Assembly (NCBI GenBank): GCA_016235265.1
Contig: JACRLI010000015.1
Coordinates: forward strand, 133,335 to 197,334
DNA from: Candidatus Eiseniibacteriota bacterium
Lineage (GTDB): Bacteria > Eisenbacteria > RBG-16-71-46 > JACRLI01
DNA length: 64,000 nucleotides
Direction: 5' to 3'
Position 1 is the stretch's first letter, and every line of letters starts with the position of its first letter. The position numbers were made by a program, and so were the translations under genes. Shown here in pieces: positions 45,998 through 53,550 of the stretch. The notes beneath the pieces are model-generated. The model was not told the origin of the DNA. It was given only the letters and a program-made list of their open reading frames with translations, and made no database searches.

Positions 45998-47350
45998 CTA
46001 CCTCGCCACCATCGCCAGGATGGTGCTCATCATCGTGTCCACCGCCGTCACCAGCTGGCTGGCGGCCTGGAAGGACTTCTGCGCGGTCAGGAGATGGGTC
46101 ATCTCCTCCTCGTTGTTCACGCCACCCACCGCCTCGCGCTGGTTCTGCATCTGCTGGAGCAGCAGCCTCTGGTTCTGGCTCATGTCGATGGCCTGCGCGC
46201 TGCTCGCGCCCACCGAGCCCACGATGCCCTCGTAGAAGCCGTGGAAGGTGGTGGTCCCCCCCGACATGGTCAGCGTGTCGCGCAGCCCCGCCAGGCGGAG
46301 CGCCAGGCTGTTGTCGCCCGGCGCGCCGGAAGTGCCGGTGTCGATGCGGCCGGGGTTGGCCTCGGTCAGCGGGTCCAGGCCCAGGCCCGCGGCGGTGCTG
46401 CCGCTGAAGATGCTCGCCCCGGTGGGGCCGGTGGACTGGATCGCGTTCACCTGGCTGGCGAAGGTGGCGGCGAGCGTGTCCAGCTGGGTCTTGTACCCGG
46501 GCAGGGTGTTGACCTTGAGCTCCTCCAGGGCCGCGATCTCGCCCCGCAGCACGGGGGCCGAGTTGCCGTCGGTGGTCTGCATGACCATCCGGCCGCCCAC
46601 GTTGGCGACGCCGCTCACGGTGCGAACCTGGTCGCCGTCCACCAGGTTCAGCCCGCCCACGCGGACGGTGACCACCCCGGCGCGGTGCTCGTCGAAGCTG
46701 ATGTCGGCCATGCCGGAGATCTCGTCCAGCAGCATGTCGCGCCGGTCGCGCAGGTCGTTGGGCTGCTCGCCGGCGCTGGTGACCGCCGCGATCTGGGTGT
46801 TGAGGGCGGCGATCTGCTGCAGGTTGCTGTTGAACTTGATCAGGTCGCCCTTGATCTGGCCGTCCACGTTGTCCGAGATGCTCTGGAGCTGGGCGGCAAG
46901 GCCGTGGAAGGTGTCCACGACCGAGCGGGCCTGGTTCATCACCGCCGCCTTGGCGGAGAGGTCCTCCGGGTGGTTGGCGAGCACCTGGTAGGAATCGAAG
47001 AACTTGCCCAGGGTGGCGGAGAGCCCGTTGTCGCTGGGCTCCTTGAACACCGCCTCGAGCTGGCCGAAGACGTTTTCGCGCACTCCCCAGCGGCCCGCGT
47101 TGCTGCTTTGCATGCGGGTCTGCACGTCCGCCAGCGTGTCGCGCATGCGGCGGATCTGCGTGACCGTCACGCCCGTGCCGAGCTGGCCCGGGAAGTAGTC
47201 CACCGGGTCCGTGGCGCCCAGGAGCGCCACCTGGCGCGTGTAGCCCGGGGTGTTGGCGTTGGCGATGTTGTGGCTCACCACGCTCAGCAGATTCTGCTGG
47301 GCCTGAAGGGCGCGGCGGGCGATCTCGAGCTGGGAAATGAGGCCCGACAT
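45998..47350 (-). CDS. flgK: Flagellar hook-associated protein 1 FlgK
   Basis: 450 aa; N-terminal LLSVVSHNIANANTPGYTRQ rod/hook motif and FlgK C-terminal domain. Confidence 0.9.
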   Translation of the reverse strand: MSGLISQLEIARRALQAQQNLLSVVSHNIANANTPGYTRQVALLGATDPVDYFPGQLGTGVTVTQIRRMRDTLADVQTRMQSSNAGRWGVRENVFGQLEAVFKEPSDNGLSATLGKFFDSYQVLANHPEDLSAKAAVMNQARSVVDTFHGLAAQLQSISDNVDGQIKGDLIKFNSNLQQIAALNTQIAAVTSAGEQPNDLRDRRDMLLDEISGMADISFDEHRAGVVTVRVGGLNLVDGDQVRTVSGVANVGGRMVMQTTDGNSAPVLRGEIAALEELKVNTLPGYKTQLDTLAATFASQVNAIQSTGPTGASIFSGSTAAGLGLDPLTEANPGRIDTGTSGAPGDNSLALRLAGLRDTLTMSGGTTTFHGFYEGIVGSVGASSAQAIDMSQNQRLLLQQMQNQREAVGGVNNEEEMTHLLTAQKSFQAASQLVTAVDTMMSTILAMVAR

Positions 47351-47352
47351 GG

Positions 47353-47850
47353 CTAGATCCTCCGGCTCACGATGCGCGGGCCGCCGGCGGATTCAGCCTT
47401 CCCCGCCTCGCCGTAGAACTGGACCTGGCCGGTCTCGCCCAGGATCAGGCGGACTGCGCGGTCGGTCATGTCGAGACTGTTGCGGATCAGCAGCAGGTTC
47501 TGCCCGTTCAGGGTGTGCAGGCGCCCCATCATGTCGCGGAACTCGGTCCGCAGCCGGTCGAGGCGCACCGCCGCCACGCCCAGGGACATCTGGGAGAGCC
47601 GCTCCATGGTGAGCTGCTCGGCGGGGATGCCGGTCTGTTCCGAGATCTTGCACAGGATCCCCGCCCGGCGCTCCGCGAGTTCCTCGACGCGCGAGGCCAC
47701 CGCGCGCATCTCGACCAGTGCCCGGTCCAGCGAGCCCGCGTCACTGGCCACGAGCAGCCGCTGCTCCTCCTGGCTCAGCGTGAACAGGCGCTCGTAGTGG
47801 CGGTACTCTTCCGCCAGGACCTGGCTCAGTTCCTCGAGTAGCAGCTGCAT
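47353..47850 (-). CDS. flgN: FlgN-family flagellar export chaperone
   Basis: 165 aa helical protein directly upstream of flgK-flgL; FlgN-like N-terminal region; GGGAGGGAG RBS. Confidence 0.7.
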   Translation of the reverse strand: MQLLLEELSQVLAEEYRHYERLFTLSQEEQRLLVASDAGSLDRALVEMRAVASRVEELAERRAGILCKISEQTGIPAEQLTMERLSQMSLGVAAVRLDRLRTEFRDMMGRLHTLNGQNLLLIRNSLDMTDRAVRLILGETGQVQFYGEAGKAESAGGPRIVSRRI

Positions 47851-47873
47851 GGGGCTCCCTCCCTCGACAGACA

Positions 47874-47900
47874 GTATCGGCCGCGGACGGCAAAACTTGA
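47874..47900 (-). promoter_or_regulatory. Sigma28 (FliA) promoter for flgN-flgK-flgL-fliW-csrA
   Basis: Minus strand reads TCAAGTTT-N11-GCCGATAC (consensus TAAAGTTT-N11-GCCGATAA; 15-nt spacer), about 24 nt upstream of the flgN ATG. Confidence 0.7.
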
Positions 47901-47961
47901 CCTGTTCCGGCCGGCGCGTAATTCAAGGAATTGCGGGACCGGGGCTTCCGCCCCGCCCGGG

Positions 47962-49242
47962 TCAGGACCGGTCGAGCCGGCCCAGGATCTGGCGGACATA
48001 GCGGCGCGTCTCCGGGTACGGTGGCACGCCGCCGTGGCGCTCCACCGCGGTCGGACCGGCGTTGTAGGCCGCCAGCGCGTGCGTCACGCTCCCGCCGAAG
48101 CGGTCCAGCAGCTGGGCCAGGTAGCGGGCGCCGCCGCGCACGTTCTCCCAGGGATCGAACACATTCTTCACGCCCATGGCTCGCGCGGTGTCGGGCATCA
48201 GCTGCATCAGCCCCGAGGCGCCCTTCGGCGAGACCGCGCGCGGGCGGCCGGCGGACTCGGTGAGCAGGACCGCCTCCAGCAGCCGGGAGTCCACGCCGGT
48301 TTCGTGCGCCGCCCGCAGGATCATGGGCTGCAGCTCCGGCGAGGCGCGGCGGGCACCGGATGCGGCCGCGGCCGCGGCGGTGCGGTCGGCAGGGCCCGGA
48401 CGGGCGGCGGCGCGGACGCGGTGCGCGGGCAGCGTCGCGGTTTCGCGCGGGCCCGCGGATTGGGTCGGAGCTCCGGCGGGCTGGGTGCCCGCGGCCCGGG
48501 AGTCCGGAGCGGCGGGGATGGCCCGCCCGCGCGGCGCGGCGGCCGAAAGGGCCGGAGCCGACTCGATCTCGGCGGCCAGGCTGCCCAGCCCGCCCGGCGC
48601 GGGCGCCGGCGCCGGGGGAATCCCGGCGGCGTGCGCGGCGCGCGGAGCGGAGGGCGAATTCGTGTGCCGGGAAGGCCGTGCCTGCAGGCCGCCCTCCGCG
48701 GACGCGGACGCGGACTGCGCCCGATAGGCCTGGACGCGCACGTCGGCGGGAATCGATACCGGGCCCGCGGCGCTCCCGGAGCACCACGGCAGGGCGTCCG
48801 CCGCGCCGCCCAGGGCCACCGGCGCGGGGGCGGTCGCGCCGTCCGCGCGAGGCAGCGCCACCGGCGCGCCGGCGGTCTCGTCGCCGCCGCGCGGCAGCCG
48901 GATGGGTGCACCGTCTCCGGACCGTTCGGGCTGCGGGCGCATCCGGTCGGCCAGCGTGCGCTCCATCATCGGGGCCACGCCGAAACCGGAGCGCGCGGCC
49001 ACCTTCTCTGCCACCGCCTGGTCCATGAAGCTGCCATACACCTCGTTGTCCATGCCCTTGCCGAACAGCCCGCTGGGCATGGTGGTCCGGCGCATGTCCT
49101 GCAGCACCCGCGCCACCAGCACCGCCTCGAACTGCTGGCAGGTCTTCTTGAGCTTCGCGCGCTGCGCGCCTGCGCGCGCGGCGTCGAGGCCGGGGGCGTC
49201 CACGCGCGCCACCTCGGCGCGCGGCGCGGGGGCGGTGCTCAC
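47962..49242 (-). CDS. flgJ: FlgJ: rod-binding domain fused to an SLT/GH23 lytic transglycosylase domain
   Basis: 426 aa; N-terminal Rod_binding motif (CQQFEAVLVARVLQDMRRT...FGKGMDNEVYGSFMDQAVAEKVA); C-terminal SLT motifs (ESAGRPRAVSPKGASGLMQLMPDTA...AYNAGP); ATGA overlap with flgI. Confidence 0.8.
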   Translation of the reverse strand: MSTAPAPRAEVARVDAPGLDAARAGAQRAKLKKTCQQFEAVLVARVLQDMRRTTMPSGLFGKGMDNEVYGSFMDQAVAEKVAARSGFGVAPMMERTLADRMRPQPERSGDGAPIRLPRGGDETAGAPVALPRADGATAPAPVALGGAADALPWCSGSAAGPVSIPADVRVQAYRAQSASASAEGGLQARPSRHTNSPSAPRAAHAAGIPPAPAPAPGGLGSLAAEIESAPALSAAAPRGRAIPAAPDSRAAGTQPAGAPTQSAGPRETATLPAHRVRAAARPGPADRTAAAAAASGARRASPELQPMILRAAHETGVDSRLLEAVLLTESAGRPRAVSPKGASGLMQLMPDTARAMGVKNVFDPWENVRGGARYLAQLLDRFGGSVTHALAAYNAGPTAVERHGGVPPYPETRRYVRQILGRLDRS

Positions 49243-50390
49243 AGGATGACCAGCTCCGCCTGCAGCGAGCCGGCTTCCTTGAGCGCCTGGAAGATGGCGA
49301 TGAGGTCGCGCGGGGTCACGCCGATGGTGTTGAGCATGCGCGCCAGCGACTCAGGCGTGGCCGCCCCGGGCAGCGCGATGGCGTGCCCGCCCTGCTCCTT
49401 CGCGGTGAGCTCGTCCACCCGCTCCACCACGGTGCGCGAGCTGTCGGAGCCGAAGGGCTCCGGCTGCGAGATCACCGGGGTGCTCTCCTTCACCTCGATG
49501 GTCAGCCCGCCGTGCGCCAGCACCACCGGCAGCAGCCGCACCGCACCGCCCGCGACCACCGTGCCGGTGCGCTCGTTGATCACCACCCGCGCGGGCTGGT
49601 CGGGCTCGACGTCAATCTGCTCCAGGGCCGCGGCGAATTCCGCCTGCCGGGCGCCCCACGTGGAATCCGGGTACGACACCGCCACGGTGCCGGCGTCCCG
49701 GGCCACCGCCAGGGTCGCGCCCAGCCTCTCGTTCACCGCCCGCGCCACGCGCGATGCGGTCAGGAAGTCGGGCTGGTCCAGGACCACCTGCACCCCGCCC
49801 TGGCCCTCGATCTCCATGGGCACCTCGCGCTCCACGAGGGCGCCGGAGGGCACGCGGCCCACCAGCGGGTGGTTCTTCTGCACCGAGTTGCCCCCGCCGC
49901 TGCCCGCCGAGAAACCCCCGATGCTCACGGCCCCCTGGGCCACGGCGTAGACGCGCCCGTCGGCGCCGCGCAGCGGGGTCTGCAGCAGCATCCCGCCCTG
50001 CAGGCTGCTGGCGTCGCCCAGCGACGAAACCGTCACGTCCATGCGGCCGCCGGAGCGCTGGTACGCGCCCAGGTTGGCGGTCACCATGACCGCGGCCACG
50101 TTCTTCACCTTGATCTCGGCGGGCGACAGGTTCACGCCCTGCGCCACCAGCAGGTTGGCCAGCGAGCGCACCGTGAACCCGGTGCCCTGCTTGTCGCCGG
50201 TCCCGTCGAGGCCCACCACCAGGCCGTAGCCCGTGAGCTGGTTCTCGCGCACGCCCTGCAGGTGCGCCACGTCCTTGAGGCGCGCGGCGCGCGCGGGCCC
50301 GCCGCACGCGCACGCGGCCAGGGCGACCAGCAGCACGGCGGTCGCGGCCCGGCCGGCGGGCGGAAGGCGTCTGGAGCTCGGCACGGTCAT
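49239..50390 (-). CDS. flgI: Flagellar P-ring protein FlgI
   Basis: 383 aa from ATG at 50390; signal peptide; FlgI family throughout (VVGLDGTGDK...). Confidence 0.92.
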   Translation of the reverse strand: MTVPSSRRLPPAGRAATAVLLVALAACACGGPARAARLKDVAHLQGVRENQLTGYGLVVGLDGTGDKQGTGFTVRSLANLLVAQGVNLSPAEIKVKNVAAVMVTANLGAYQRSGGRMDVTVSSLGDASSLQGGMLLQTPLRGADGRVYAVAQGAVSIGGFSAGSGGGNSVQKNHPLVGRVPSGALVEREVPMEIEGQGGVQVVLDQPDFLTASRVARAVNERLGATLAVARDAGTVAVSYPDSTWGARQAEFAAALEQIDVEPDQPARVVINERTGTVVAGGAVRLLPVVLAHGGLTIEVKESTPVISQPEPFGSDSSRTVVERVDELTAKEQGGHAIALPGAATPESLARMLNTIGVTPRDLIAIFQALKEAGSLQAELVIL

Positions 50391-50407
50391 GGTCTGCGTC
50401 CCCCCGG

Positions 50408-51019
50408 TCAGAAGATCCAGTTGAGCACGCGCGAGATCAGGCCCTGGCGCTGTGCGGCGGTGTTGGGGCCGTGGCCCTTGTAGGCGATCTTCGCGTCCGC
50501 GAGGTAGGTGGAGAGCACCGTGTTGTCGCCCCTCACGTCCTCGGGGCGCACCGTCGCGGTGATCGTGATCTCCTCGCTGTCGTTGTTCACCCCCACCAGC
50601 CGGTCGCCCTGGATCTGGAGGTTCCCGTTGGGGTCCACCCCCACCACGCGCGCCGTCAGGCGCGCGTTGAGCTTGCTGTTGAGGTCGTTCTTGCCCGAGC
50701 CGTTGAAGTCGTTCTTGGACGATGCCTCGGTCTTGAAGGCCTTCAGGAACCCGAACAGGCCGATGCCCGGGGCCCCGTTGTTGCTGAACTTGCTCTCCTT
50801 GGCCGTCTGCGCGGTGGCCTGGTTGGATCCGCTGGCCGACTCCACGATCAGCACCGTGACCAGGTCCCCCACCCCGCGGGCGCGCCGGTCGGCGAACATG
50901 CCGGGCGCGCCCTCCTTCCACAGCGATTCCGCCGCCGAGGGCCCCGCGAGGCACAGCAGCGCGGCCACCGCCGGGCCGAGCGCGGCGGACGCCGCGAACC
51001 ATGCGTGCTTCGATCGCAT
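50408..51019 (-). CDS. flgH: Flagellar L-ring protein FlgH
   Basis: 203 aa from ATG at 51019 (AAGGGGG RBS); signal peptide; FlgH family (GDLVTVLIVESASGSNQA...LQIQGDRLVGVNNDSEEITITATVRP). Confidence 0.9.
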   Translation of the reverse strand: MRSKHAWFAASAALGPAVAALLCLAGPSAAESLWKEGAPGMFADRRARGVGDLVTVLIVESASGSNQATAQTAKESKFSNNGAPGIGLFGFLKAFKTEASSKNDFNGSGKNDLNSKLNARLTARVVGVDPNGNLQIQGDRLVGVNNDSEEITITATVRPEDVRGDNTVLSTYLADAKIAYKGHGPNTAAQRQGLISRVLNWIF

Positions 51020-51033
51020 CCTGGAGACCCCCT

Positions 51034-51705
51034 TCACGGCACGAGTTCGGCGACGCCGGGGCCGGTCACCCGGACCTTCAGCAGCGTGCCGTTGTTGGGC
51101 CCGCGGGCCCGGATCACGTCGCCCAGCCCGCCTTCCTGCTGCGCCTGGGCCTGGAAGCGAATCACCACGGTGGCGGTCTGGGCGCTCACCGCCAGTGCCG
51201 TCCCGCGCTTCACCACCGGGGCGCGCTCCAGGCATGCCGGGGTGAGCCACGAACCGGCCGCCAGGGTGCGCCGCATGCGCATGCCATCCGCCTGGGCCGG
51301 CCCGGCCACCGGACGCTCGCCCGGCGGCAGGACCTCCACCGAGACATCCACGTCCCCGGGCTGCAGCACCTCGCCGGCGCGCACCGCCCGGAGCACCCGC
51401 AGCCCCGCTCCCACGCGCTCGCAGCGCAGCGCGGCGGTGACCGCGTTCAGGATCCGCCCGTCGCGCAGCACCTGGACGGTGCACGGCACCACTCCCGGGC
51501 GCGGCTCGCCCGTGGGCGGCACCAGCCGCACCCCGGTGGCGCCGGCCGGCACGGGCATCGCCGTCCACGGCCGGGCCAGGCTCCAGCGCAGGGAGTCGCC
51601 GCCCAGGGTGTGCGGCAGCCGCTCGGACGCCAGCCGGACGAGGTCCGTCTCTCCGAGCGTGCCGCTCAGCCCCAGCGCGAGTACCAGGAATGAGACCAGG
51701 TTCAT
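51034..51705 (-). CDS. flgA: Flagellar P-ring assembly chaperone FlgA (SAF domain)
   Basis: 223 aa; signal peptide; C-terminal SAF/FlgA domain (LKVRVTGPGVAELVP). Confidence 0.75.
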   Translation of the reverse strand: MNLVSFLVLALGLSGTLGETDLVRLASERLPHTLGGDSLRWSLARPWTAMPVPAGATGVRLVPPTGEPRPGVVPCTVQVLRDGRILNAVTAALRCERVGAGLRVLRAVRAGEVLQPGDVDVSVEVLPPGERPVAGPAQADGMRMRRTLAAGSWLTPACLERAPVVKRGTALAVSAQTATVVIRFQAQAQQEGGLGDVIRARGPNNGTLLKVRVTGPGVAELVP

Positions 51706-51711
51706 CGCCGC

Positions 51712-52503
51712 CTACCTGCGAATGTTGTTGGCCTGCGCCATCATCTCGTCGGAGGTCTGGATGGACTTGGCATTCACTTCGTAGGCTCGCTGGGCCACGA
51801 TCATGTCCACCATCTCCTCCACCACCTCGACATTCGAACGCTCCAGGAAACCCTGCTGGATGCTGCCCAGGCCGGTCTGGCCCGGCACGCCCGTGACCGG
51901 CTGGCCGCTGCTGGAGGTGGCGGCGTACAGGTTGCCGCCCTCGCTGGAGAGGCCCGCTTCGTTGATGAACCGCGCCATCTCCATCTGGCCCACACGCTGC
52001 GGCTGGTTGCTGCCCGGCACGGTCACCGCGACGGTGCCGTCCTTGGAGATCTGCACCGCGGTGGCCTCCGACGGGATGGTGATCTCGGGCTGCATCGGCA
52101 GGCCCTCGGCGTTAACCAGGCGGCCCTCCTCGTCCAGGCGCAGCGAGCCGTCCCGCGAATACACGGTGATGCCGTCGGGACGGGTGAACTGCAGGAAGCC
52201 GTCGCCCTCGATGAGCAGGTCGAGCGGGTTCCCGGTGGTCTGGCTGTCGCCCTGCGCGAAGATCTTCGGCGAGCCCACCAGGCGCGTGCCGTGCCCGATC
52301 TGCATGGCCACCGGCGTCTGCTGCGCGGTGCCCGGGGCGCCGCCCGCGGCGGGCTTGACGGTCTGGTAGAGCAGGTCCTGGAACTGCACCCGGGACTTCT
52401 TGTAGCCGGTGGTGTTCACGTTCGCCAGGTTGTGCGCGATCGAGTCCACGTAGGTCTGCTGGGCCTGCATGCCCGAGGCAGCGGTGCGCATCGCACGGAT
52501 CAT
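51712..52503 (-). CDS. flgG: Flagellar distal rod protein FlgG
   Basis: 263 aa; MIRAMRTAASGMQAQQTYVDSIAHNLANVNTTGYK; C-terminal LERSNVEVVEEMVDMIVAQRAYE. Confidence 0.93.
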   Translation of the reverse strand: MIRAMRTAASGMQAQQTYVDSIAHNLANVNTTGYKKSRVQFQDLLYQTVKPAAGGAPGTAQQTPVAMQIGHGTRLVGSPKIFAQGDSQTTGNPLDLLIEGDGFLQFTRPDGITVYSRDGSLRLDEEGRLVNAEGLPMQPEITIPSEATAVQISKDGTVAVTVPGSNQPQRVGQMEMARFINEAGLSSEGGNLYAATSSSGQPVTGVPGQTGLGSIQQGFLERSNVEVVEEMVDMIVAQRAYEVNAKSIQTSDEMMAQANNIRR

Positions 52504-52532
52504 GGTGATTCCCTTTCTTCAGTCGGGGCCCG

Positions 52533-53261
52533 CTAGCGGGCGCGGCCGACGTTGTTGATGAGCACCGAGAGGGTGTCGCCCTGGAGCTGCGCGCTCTTCA
52601 TGTTCGACTCGTAGCTCCGGAAGGCGGCCACCATGTCGATCATCTCCTCGACCGGGTTCACATTCGAACCTTCGAGGAACCCCTGTTTCACCGTCGCGCC
52701 CGTGGCGGCGACGGGCTGTCCGGACGAGGCCCACAGGGTGGCGCCTTCGCGCGTCAGCTCCGCACCCTCGGGGAACTTCACCAGGCGCAGCCTGCCGGCG
52801 GGCTGGCCGCCCGTGGTCACCGTGCCGTCGGGCGAGATCGTCACGTCGCCCTCGACGCGGATCGGGCCGCCCTCCCCCAGGACCTGGGAACCGTCGGGCA
52901 GCGACAGCTGGCCCCCGGCGTTCATCGTGAAGTTGCCGGCTCGGGTGTAGCGCTCGCCCGCGGGAGTGCTCACCGCGAAGAAGGCGTCGCCGGTGATGGC
53001 CAGGTCCAGCGGGTTGCCGGTCTGGTCCACCGAACCCGGCCGCATGTCGGGGCGCGTCCGCGGGTCGGCGGCCAGCGACGGCCCGCCGGGCATGGGGGCC
53101 GGCGAGCCACCCGCGGCGGCCTGCTTGAGCACGCTCTGGAAGCTCACCTTGTCCCGCTTGAACCCGGGCGTGAGGGCGTTGGCCAGGTTGTTGGCCAGCG
53201 TTTCCTGCTGCGCGATGCGCGGCAGGATGCCTTCACGAGCCCGACGAAGTCCCTCGATCAC
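52533..53261 (-). CDS. flgF: Flagellar proximal rod protein FlgF
   Basis: About 242 aa from GTG (GGAGGTG about 6 nt upstream); LANNLANALTPGFK and C-terminal LEGSNVNPVEEMIDMVAAFRSYE rod motifs. The long N-terminal extension in the ORF track (to 53597) lacks homology and would bury the sigma54 promoter. Confidence 0.8.
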   Translation of the reverse strand: MIEGLRRAREGILPRIAQQETLANNLANALTPGFKRDKVSFQSVLKQAAAGGSPAPMPGGPSLAADPRTRPDMRPGSVDQTGNPLDLAITGDAFFAVSTPAGERYTRAGNFTMNAGGQLSLPDGSQVLGEGGPIRVEGDVTISPDGTVTTGGQPAGRLRLVKFPEGAELTREGATLWASSGQPVAATGATVKQGFLEGSNVNPVEEMIDMVAAFRSYESNMKSAQLQGDTLSVLINNVGRAR

Positions 53262-53311
53262 GACGTTCACCTCCGCGGCGGCCGGATAGACCTGTCCGGC
53301 AGCCGGAATCG

Positions 53312-53326
53312 CAACGGACGTGCCAC
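53312..53326 (-). promoter_or_regulatory. Sigma54 -24/-12 promoter for flgF-flgG-flgA-flgH-flgI-flgJ
   Basis: Minus strand reads TGGCAC-GTCCG-TTGC (exact consensus), about 50 nt upstream of the flgF start. Confidence 0.72.
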
Positions 53327-53550
53327 GGGCCCGCGAGCGGCCGGGGACGGCCCCGGGCGGCGCGCCCATGTGCCGAATTCGCTGGGAGAGGCGCGGCGGG
53401 GGCGCAGGTGTGGAGGTCCCGGCCCCCGAGGGCGTGGCGGGGCTGTCGGGGCCGCGGGGGCAGGAACAAATTGACCGCGGGCGGCAAATTCTGCCGCCCG
53501 AAGCCCGGCCGGCGCGTGCAATAATGCGAAGCCACGAAACGAGGTCCGGG

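Noticed and set aside
50975-51019. Calling FlgH a lipoprotein from its signal peptide
   Set aside because: The sequence ...ALLCLAGPSAAES has a Cys but not a canonical L-[AS]-[GA]-C lipobox. Left as a signal peptide only.
53471-53530. Possible sigma70 promoter (TTGACC ... TGCAATAAT) for the + strand PP2C sensor gene
   Set aside because: Spacing between the -35-like and -10-like elements is about 42 nt. No acceptable 16-19 nt spacer combination was found.
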